This document shows positions 58,022 to 64,000 of a stretch of DNA of 64,000 nucleotides, piece by piece. The stretch's first letter is position 1, and each line of letters starts with the position of its first letter. This stretch comes from an uncultured Pseudomonadales bacterium (GTDB lineage Bacteria > Patescibacteriota > Microgenomatia > UBA1400 > MFAQ01), in contig CAYTOI010000003.1 of NCBI GenBank assembly GCA_964439805.1, forward strand, positions 36,844 through 100,843, in the 5' to 3' direction. The position numbers and the translations under genes are program-made. Under the pieces are notes generated by a model. The model was given only the letters and a program-made list of their open reading frames with translations, was not told the DNA's origin and ran no database searches.

Positions 58022-58612
58022 CTACCACCTATTGCAAATCACCTCCAAAACTCTCTCATGAACCTGTTCTGGCGTGCCTTCGGCCTCAACGACCTCCCAC
58101 CCAAACTCCCTTGCCAGTTCTCTGTGGATTTCCCTATTTCTCTCCCACGTTCCCTCAGCAGACGACTCAAACCTGTGCCCAGACTCAATCCCGCTGCTAA
58201 ACCTTTCCCCATCCAGCAGTATCGAGACATCTGGCACCAAGAGGTCAGAGTTTATCTCATATAAATAAGACCTTGAAACCCCCTTAGTAAGCCCCCAAGC
58301 TATCCCTGTGCCCAAATAGTCTTCGGCAAAAACGTCACCATCCTTGAGCATCTCCAGGAGGCAAGGCTCATATTCACGCCTGTCTTGTGCGTAGACCGTT
58401 TGCAGTTCGAGCTCGCTTAGGATTCTCTCTTCTGGCGCTCCCCGCAGCTCCCTATTGATAATTATTCCAGTAGGAGTGTCATACCTAGGATACTTAATGC
58501 GAAAATACGGCCTTTCTAGCTCTCTCCAGGTTTCTTCCAACAAGTCTAGCTGCTTGGATTTACCCAAATTATTTGCCGCATAAACAACAACAAACTTACC
58601 TCTGCTGGACAT
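58022..58612 (-). CDS. thymidylate-kinase-like P-loop kinase (divergent Walker A)
   Basis: KFVVVYAANNLGKSKQ resembles the Tmk P-loop; EDYLGTGIAWG resembles the DRY/LID region; PDVSILLDGE resembles Tmk PDLTLYLDV. Locally higher GC. Confidence 0.45.
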   Translation of the reverse strand: MSSRGKFVVVYAANNLGKSKQLDLLEETWRELERPYFRIKYPRYDTPTGIIINRELRGAPEERILSELELQTVYAQDRREYEPCLLEMLKDGDVFAEDYLGTGIAWGLTKGVSRSYLYEINSDLLVPDVSILLDGERFSSGIESGHRFESSAEGTWERNREIHRELAREFGWEVVEAEGTPEQVHERVLEVICNRW

Positions 58613-58769
58613 CCTCTTTTTTCACCTTTCCCAGCTTTTTAAGTTCTTCCACAATATCAGCAGGAAGTTCAGCCTGAGGATCTTTTATATACATCCTGTA
58701 TTCTTTCAAAATATCTTCGTAAGATTGTGGTTCAACCCTGTTTTCTGGCCAATAGTTTTTTTCAGTCAT
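58596..58769 (-). CDS. small ORF (57 aa) overlapping the start of the kinase-like gene
   Basis: ATG at 58769 to TAA at 58596; overlaps the downstream ATG out of frame; below the ORF-track cutoff. Confidence 0.25.
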   Translation of the reverse strand: MTEKNYWPENRVEPQSYEDILKEYRMYIKDPQAELPADIVEELKKLGKVKKEDVQQR

Positions 58770-58814
58770 AACTACAAACTTAAACCATATCTCAACGATT
58801 GTCCATCCTTATTT

Positions 58815-58840
58815 TGAGTTTTTGATTTTTTGAGTTTTTT
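58815..58840. repeat. repeat family A copy
   Basis: gagtttttgatttttgagtttttt, directly 3' of the Nramp gene. Confidence 0.6.
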
Positions 58841-60150
58841 CACTTCCCCCAATTCCAAAACATCAAAAGCACCGACAGTGCCATAAACACAAAAGTAATC
58901 CAAGCAATTACCAAATATTTTTTCTCAGTTTTAAACTTCCCCACCACGTCTTCCCTACCAGCAAGCTTAATGATTATAAAAATAAGCGGCACAGCCACTA
59001 CACCATTTACCACAGCCGCATAATACAATGCCTGCATAGTATTAATTCCAAACAAATTCATAAAAACGCCTACCATAGTAGCCACTGCCAAAATCAAATA
59101 AAATCCCTTTGCGGAACTAAACTTTTTATTCAACCCCTCCTTAATACCCAGCGCTTCTGAAACTGCATAAGCTACCGACCCAGCCAACACTGGAACAGAC
59201 TGCAAGCCTATACCAATAATTCCAAAAGCAAACAATAGATAGGCAAATTCTCCAGCAAGAGGTCTGAGGGCGAGAGCTGCTTGCTCCGCACTTTGTATTT
59301 CAAAAATTCCATTTGCATGCAAAGTCCCTGCAGTAGTAACCACAATAAAAAAAGTCATCAAGTTGGAAAACAACATTCCCACCTTCGTATCCAACCTCAT
59401 CTTTTTAATTTCACTCATATTTACCACCGGCTTTTGTCCGAAATCCGATATCTGATATCTGACATCTGAGATCTCTTCCTCCACTTCTTGTGAAGCTTGC
59501 CAAAAAAATAAATATGGCGAAATTGTCGTCCCCAAAAATCCCACTAAAGTCATAATGTAGTCTGTACTCCAATCAATTCTGGGAACCAGAGTCACTTTCA
59601 AAATCTCTAGCCAGTCAGGGTGAATCATAAAAGCCGTAATCACATAAACTACTAACGAAAGACCAAGCCACTTCAGCACTTCAGAATATTTTTTGTACGG
59701 TACCCAAATCTCCAAAACCACCACAAACATGGCAACCAGAAATAGCCAAAAGATAAAGTTCAGCCCAAAAACCATTTGCAATGACGAAGCCATAATCCCC
59801 AGATCAGCTCCAATATTTACAATATTTGCAAATGCGAGAAGTGATACAGCAAACCACATTACTCTTTTGGAACTAAACTTTTTAAGAATTCCAGCTAAAC
59901 CTCTCCCTGTAGTCATCCCTACTCTGCCACACATCTCTTGAATAGATATCATGGCTGGCAGCAAAAACAGAGCAAGCCATGTCATCCCAAAACCAAACTT
60001 TGCCCCAGCAATAGAATAAGTAGCTATTCCGCTCGGATCATCATCTGCCGCGCCGGTGACAAAACCTGGACCAACTCTTTTTACAAACTTTTTAAAAAAT
60101 ACCGGAAACTTCATTAATCTAATAATACACAAAAAAGACCCTATCACCAA
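58840..60150 (-). CDS. mntH: Nramp-family divalent metal cation transporter (MntH-like)
   Basis: GPGFVTGAADDDPSGIATYSIAGAKFGFGMTWLALFLLPAMISIQEMCGRVGMTTGRGLAG matches the Nramp N-terminal consensus; 11 TM segments. In-frame family-B repeat. Confidence 0.85.
   Translation of the reverse strand: MVIGSFLCIIRLMKFPVFFKKFVKRVGPGFVTGAADDDPSGIATYSIAGAKFGFGMTWLALFLLPAMISIQEMCGRVGMTTGRGLAGILKKFSSKRVMWFAVSLLAFANIVNIGADLGIMASSLQMVFGLNFIFWLFLVAMFVVVLEIWVPYKKYSEVLKWLGLSLVVYVITAFMIHPDWLEILKVTLVPRIDWSTDYIMTLVGFLGTTISPYLFFWQASQEVEEEISDVRYQISDFGQKPVVNMSEIKKMRLDTKVGMLFSNLMTFFIVVTTAGTLHANGIFEIQSAEQAALALRPLAGEFAYLLFAFGIIGIGLQSVPVLAGSVAYAVSEALGIKEGLNKKFSSAKGFYLILAVATMVGVFMNLFGINTMQALYYAAVVNGVVAVPLIFIIIKLAGREDVVGKFKTEKKYLVIAWITFVFMALSVLLMFWNWGK
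59445..59475. repeat. repeat family B copy, in frame inside the Nramp gene
   Basis: ccgatatctgatatctgacatctgagatctc. Confidence 0.65.
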
Positions 60151-60176
60151 AAGGCAATAGGGTCACTCGTAAATTA

Positions 60177-60710
60177 CTATCCTTCCCAATTTGAAACCTG
60201 AAAACCAATAGCTCCCATATCACTCTTGTCAACTTCAAGTTTATGGTCTACATAAGTTACATAGTTTGCAGACTTTGCTCTTACCATGGTGCCATTCACA
60301 CCATCATCAATAAAAGATACAAGTACCATTAGATTTCTGTCTTGCACCTTTCCGATCCAGTCCAAAGCATTACTCTTCGATATTTCAGGTGTACTGATTC
60401 TTTCCCAACAGTGATCCGGACCAGCAACCAGCACCACCCATCGAAGCTCGTCTTTGATTTTTTTGGATGAATATTCCTTTTCCATAAGATCTTGAAAGAA
60501 TTTTGCCGATGACTGAAACAAAAATGAGACATCCAAAGTTTTATCTGCCAGCACTTTTACAATTGCCACATTTACCTTTTTGTAACGAATTGCAAAATAC
60601 TCTCCATTGTTACAAGAAACAACTTCGTAGCTCTTTCTGAGGTTTTTGGGGATAGACAGGGATACTAACTCAAAGTCTGTAATCTCAACAGCATCACGAG
60701 CAATTTTCAT
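60177..60710 (-). CDS. hypothetical protein (177 aa), paralog of 61031..61585
   Basis: Shared LFQ...EL.W..L...S...AL..IG pattern with 61031..61585. Confidence 0.4.
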   Translation of the reverse strand: MKIARDAVEITDFELVSLSIPKNLRKSYEVVSCNNGEYFAIRYKKVNVAIVKVLADKTLDVSFLFQSSAKFFQDLMEKEYSSKKIKDELRWVVLVAGPDHCWERISTPEISKSNALDWIGKVQDRNLMVLVSFIDDGVNGTMVRAKSANYVTYVDHKLEVDKSDMGAIGFQVSNWEG

Positions 60711-60759
60711 ACATCCTCCAGTTAAGTTAATGTAAGTTCTGCGAGAATTATATCAGCAC

Positions 60760-60788
60760 AAAAAAAGACGAGCCCGAAAGCCCGTCTC
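60760..60788 (-). terminator. terminator (copy 1 of repeated gacgagccc...gcccgtct hairpin)
   Basis: On the - strand: agacgggctttcgggctcgtc followed by TTTTTTT. Confidence 0.55.
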
Positions 60789-60794
60789 GACAAC

Positions 60795-61028
60795 CTAGTT
60801 TCTATTCTTTTCAAAAATCTCCTGAAACTTAACAGATTCTTGCAACTCAGGAAAATACCAAAAATCAAACATTGATCCGTTTAGCTTAAACTTAGCAACT
60901 ACCGTTTTTGGGTCAGACTCCAATATTACTTTACAATCTCCATCGACATCATCAGGAGTTTGAATTCTGTAACCTTCAGGCAGAGCCAAACGGATAAAAT
61001 ACAAAAAATGAAATGAGGATGAGGCCAC
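60795..61028 (-). CDS. hypothetical small protein (77 aa), paralog of 61673..61948
   Basis: Shares P(E/K)(G/N)YRI(Q/R) motif with 61673..61948. Confidence 0.35.
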   Translation of the reverse strand: MASSSFHFLYFIRLALPEGYRIQTPDDVDGDCKVILESDPKTVVAKFKLNGSMFDFWYFPELQESVKFQEIFEKNRN

Positions 61029-61030
61029 GT

Positions 61031-61585
61031 CTACCCCGATTCCAAAGTGGTGAATTCAATCATTGCTGGCCCCAGATCAGTCAAGCCAAGCAATGGATCT
61101 TCCACCGTTCCAAGCAGTTGAAAACTGTGGACATATTCCAAACCATTGATCATTTCGTCCCACTTATTAGAATAAAAGCCAATCAGCATGGCGCCTTGTT
61201 TCATAACCGATGGCCCAATATTAGCCAAAGCTTCATCTTTGCTTGTCGCTGGGGCACCCATATATCCCCACTTTCTCTCATAGGAGGGGAAGACCAGAAG
61301 CCAATTTAGCTCCTTGGTGGGGAAAAAGCGCTCGCTAAGCAACTTTTCGAAACGATCACCTTTAGAGCCTGCGGTAATCTGGAACAAAAAGCCTGTAGTT
61401 TCGGCAGAGACGACAGCAATTTGAGATGATCCACATAAAACTACAAACTTATCAGCTTCACCTTCTGCAGTTTCAAGCTGATCAAACGTATACCCATCGG
61501 GCAAGGTTCGATCCAGTCTTAATGCAGTCGAATCCGGAACCAAATTATATGGAACAATCATGATTAACTCCTTGTTATAGTGCAA
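61031..61585 (-). CDS. hypothetical protein (184 aa)
   Basis: Paralog of 60177..60710. Confidence 0.4.
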   Translation of the reverse strand: MHYNKELIMIVPYNLVPDSTALRLDRTLPDGYTFDQLETAEGEADKFVVLCGSSQIAVVSAETTGFLFQITAGSKGDRFEKLLSERFFPTKELNWLLVFPSYERKWGYMGAPATSKDEALANIGPSVMKQGAMLIGFYSNKWDEMINGLEYVHSFQLLGTVEDPLLGLTDLGPAMIEFTTLESG

Positions 61586-61638
61586 AAATGTGTACTCATA
61601 TATTATAAGCCTAATACCAGTTTATGTCAAATACGCAC

Positions 61639-61666
61639 AAAAAAGACGAGCCCAAAGGCCCGTCTT
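61639..61666 (-). terminator. terminator (copy 2, about 25 nt identical to copy 1)
   Basis: aaaaagacgagcccaaaggcccgtctta. Confidence 0.55.
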
Positions 61667-61672
61667 AGCATC

Positions 61673-61948
61673 CTATTTTTCTTCAATAAACAAGCACTCA
61701 ACCTCATCAGTACTATTGTGCTTTTCAAAGGCAGCAATAAAAGCCCGCTTGATACTCTCGGTAGGTGTGTATGCATAAACCGATAAAGTTTTTCCTGCTG
61801 TAATTTGGCAACTTCCAACCATACGCTTGTTAACATCATAAATTCCAAACCCAACACCCGGAGCAATACGGATCCTGTAATTTTTCGGAATTACCTTTAA
61901 AATGCTTTCCTTTGAATCACTTTCTACCTGCACTTTTACGATTTTCAT
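61673..61948 (-). CDS. hypothetical small protein (91 aa)
   Basis: ORF; paralog of 60795..61028. Confidence 0.35.
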   Translation of the reverse strand: MKIVKVQVESDSKESILKVIPKNYRIRIAPGVGFGIYDVNKRMVGSCQITAGKTLSVYAYTPTESIKRAFIAAFEKHNSTDEVECLFIEEK

Positions 61949-61961
61949 TCAACCTCCAAAA

Positions 61962-62231
61962 CTACTGAAATTTTTCAGAATGTTTATCTTTAACTAAACC
62001 GCAAATTGCCCTGCCATAGTCGTCTTTTGTAAAAACAACCACTGCTTTCTTTTCATCTTCAAAAGATACAGTTGCCAAAAGACCTAATCCCCAATAAACC
62101 TTATATTCATCATCACATTTTTCTATACGAAAAAGGAACATCAGGTCTTTAAAAATTTCCTTAACAAAATCTTCATTGTCGCCAGCAAAATTTAAAAAAT
62201 CAGATTTGTAGAAAAATAGAGTCACGGCCAC
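61962..62231 (-). CDS. hypothetical small protein (89 aa)
   Basis: ORF only. Confidence 0.3.
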   Translation of the reverse strand: MAVTLFFYKSDFLNFAGDNEDFVKEIFKDLMFLFRIEKCDDEYKVYWGLGLLATVSFEDEKKAVVVFTKDDYGRAICGLVKDKHSEKFQ

Positions 62232-62265
62232 CTCCAGACTATTATAATGTTAAGTACTTATAGGC

Positions 62266-64000
62266 TTATTTTACCACATCAACTTCACTGTCAGTCTTTG
62301 GTTCTGGCTTCTTCCAGCTTGCCCAGGTACAGTTTGGATAATCTTCACAGCCATAAAAGTCCCTATTTTTACTCGTTTTCTTCTGGACCACTCTCTTTCC
62401 ACACTTCTCGCAGACCACGTCTGGAATATAAATTATGTAAGGCGCTTTGTACTTACATTCAGGATATCTATTGCAGCTTAAGAACTTCCCAAACTTCCCG
62501 TCTCTGATTACAATATTCCCCTCTTTGCACTCTGGACATTTCTCCCCTGTCTCTTCTGTTGGCACCCCTACCCTAGCCGAGTCCTTGTCCACCTTTACAA
62601 TTTGCTCACTAAATAGTCCCCAAAAATTTGAGAGCATCTTCTCCCAGTTAAGTTTTCCGGCTGCAATTTCGTCTAGCTCTGTTTCCATCTTGGCCGTAAA
62701 CTCGTATTCCATTTCTTTAGCAAAGTTCTCCACCAAAAAGTCGACAACTGCTTTACCAATTGATGTGGGGTAGAATCTTTTCTCTTTTTGCTCTACGTAT
62801 CGCCTGTCAATAATCGTGGAAATAATTGCCGCGTAAGTACTAGGTCTTCCTATTCCCCTCTTTTCTAGCTCTTTGATTATCGAAGCGTCATTAAACCTTG
62901 CTGGTGGCTGAGTAAATTTCTGCTCACCCTTTACTTCTTTTTTCTCCAAGGTCTCTTCTGGAGCCACTTCTGGCAAAGTTTGAGAATCTTCTTCACCATT
63001 TTCGGACTTTACTTTGTCTTTGGGAAATAGTTTCTTCCAACCATCAAATACTGTTACCACTCCATTTGCAGTTAACAAGTATTTCCCAGAAACCACCTCT
63101 ACTCTTGTGTCGTCAAATATTGCTTCTGCCATCTGACAGGCCACAGTTCTTCGCCAAATTAAAGAATAAAGTTTTTTCTGATCGGGGTCGGACTCTCCCG
63201 TAAAGTTTTCTGGAGTCACAGTCAAATTTGTCGGACGTACCGCTTCGTGAGCTTCTTGAGCTACTACTTTACCTGCAGTTTTATAAAGCTTAGGAGCAGT
63301 AGGTAAATACTTTTCCCCATAGTTTAATTTAATAAAGTCTCGGACAGCTTCAATGGCCACAGGTGCCAAATTAAAAGAGTCAGTACGGTGATAGGTAATA
63401 TCTCCCTGTTCGTAAAGCCTCTGAGCCACATTCATAGTTCTCTTTGCTGACCAGCCCAAAGTGTTTGCTGCAGCTTGCTGCAAAGTAGAAGTTTTAAATG
63501 GTGCGTAAGGATTTGCTTTTCTCTTTGTCTTTTTTACATCAGCTACTTTATAAGTTCCACTTTCCAAGTCCCTAAGAACTTGTTTTGCCAATTCCGAATT
63601 ATTTACTTCCTGTTTCTTGTCACTAATCTTTGCGAGCTCCACCCAAAAGTTTTCTTGAGTTCTAGAGTTCTTGAGTTCTTGAGTTCTTAATAGTACCCTA
63701 ATCTGCCAATACTCCTGTGGCTTATGTGCTTCTATTTCTCTCTCTTTTTCTACAATCAATCTCACAGCAACACTCTGCACTCTACCAGCCGAAAGCCCTC
63801 TTCGCACTTTCTTCCACAAAATTGGAGAAAGTTTGTAGCCCACCAAACGATCCAAAAATCGCCTCGCCTGTTGCGAGTTAACAAGATCCATATCTATCTC
63901 CCTAGGGTTATCCAAAGCCTCCAAAATTGCATCTTTGGTAATAGAATGAAAAGCAATTCTCTTAAAAACCTTATCTTTTTTCTTTTTACTTTCACTGTCT
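62266..64000 (-). CDS. topA: DNA topoisomerase I (partial; N-terminus lies beyond the window end)
   Basis: Topo IA core (RFLDRLVGYKLSPILW, GRVQSVAVRLIVERE), catalytic-Tyr region ITYHRTDS, three C-terminal C4 zinc ribbons. In-frame family-A repeat. Confidence 0.9.
   Translation of the reverse strand, partial: DSESKKKKDKVFKRIAFHSITKDAILEALDNPREIDMDLVNSQQARRFLDRLVGYKLSPILWKKVRRGLSAGRVQSVAVRLIVEKEREIEAHKPQEYWQIRVLLRTQELKNSRTQENFWVELAKISDKKQEVNNSELAKQVLRDLESGTYKVADVKKTKRKANPYAPFKTSTLQQAAANTLGWSAKRTMNVAQRLYEQGDITYHRTDSFNLAPVAIEAVRDFIKLNYGEKYLPTAPKLYKTAGKVVAQEAHEAVRPTNLTVTPENFTGESDPDQKKLYSLIWRRTVACQMAEAIFDDTRVEVVSGKYLLTANGVVTVFDGWKKLFPKDKVKSENGEEDSQTLPEVAPEETLEKKEVKGEQKFTQPPARFNDASIIKELEKRGIGRPSTYAAIISTIIDRRYVEQKEKRFYPTSIGKAVVDFLVENFAKEMEYEFTAKMETELDEIAAGKLNWEKMLSNFWGLFSEQIVKVDKDSARVGVPTEETGEKCPECKEGNIVIRDGKFGKFLSCNRYPECKYKAPYIIYIPDVVCEKCGKRVVQKKTSKNRDFYGCEDYPNCTWASWKKPEPKTDSEVDVVK
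63653..63689. repeat. repeat family A copy, in frame in topA
   Basis: tcttgagttctagagttcttgagttcttgagttctta, encoding RTQELKNSRTQE. Confidence 0.8.

Overview
The window reads as a low-GC, gene-dense bacterial chromosome segment with short genes and short intergenic spacers. It is dominated by information-processing housekeeping genes, with blocks of small hypothetical and membrane proteins between them.

Genes I recognise from the translations:
- Replication and repair: dnaB, dnaX-ybaB-recR, ssb, topA (partial, runs off the window end).
- Translation: rpsF-ssb-rpsR, rpmE-prfA, rpsB-tsf, rpsU-yqeY, efp, frr, cysS, ychF, ybeY.
- Other: rdgB, cutA, sodA, folD, an RluA-family pseudouridine synthase, ctpA, rseP, lspA, YebC, a HIT protein, an Nramp transporter, and one tRNA-Leu(CAA).

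Several housekeeping proteins are truncated (EF-Ts 150 aa, YebC 174 aa, FolD 254 aa). Together with many tiny membrane proteins and repeated extended -10 promoters (TGnTATAATATAGG), this fits a reduced Patescibacteria/CPR-like genome; that placement is inference only.

Features that stand out:
1. A dispersed octamer repeat (GAGTTCTT)n with about 13 copies. Six of them sit in frame inside essential genes (rluA, ctpA, ychF, cysS twice, rpsB, topA), where they encode KNSRTQELK-like hydrophilic peptides.
2. A second dispersed heptamer repeat (AGATCTG)n with 4 copies, two of them in frame in folD and the Nramp gene.
3. A ~60-nt hairpin-containing repeat (GTCATTGCGCGA...GCAATC) sitting just downstream of + strand genes.
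4. A roughly 10-kb AT-rich glycan-biosynthesis island: three GT2 genes, one GT4, a Wzx flippase and large multi-pass membrane proteins.
5. Two paralogous beta-solenoid repeat proteins, and two clusters of tandem paralogous ~80-180 aa hypothetical proteins, each unit closed by a near-identical terminator.
6. A tRNA-Leu followed by degenerate copies of its own 3' end.

No CRISPR array, rRNA, transposase or recognisable defence enzyme is visible.
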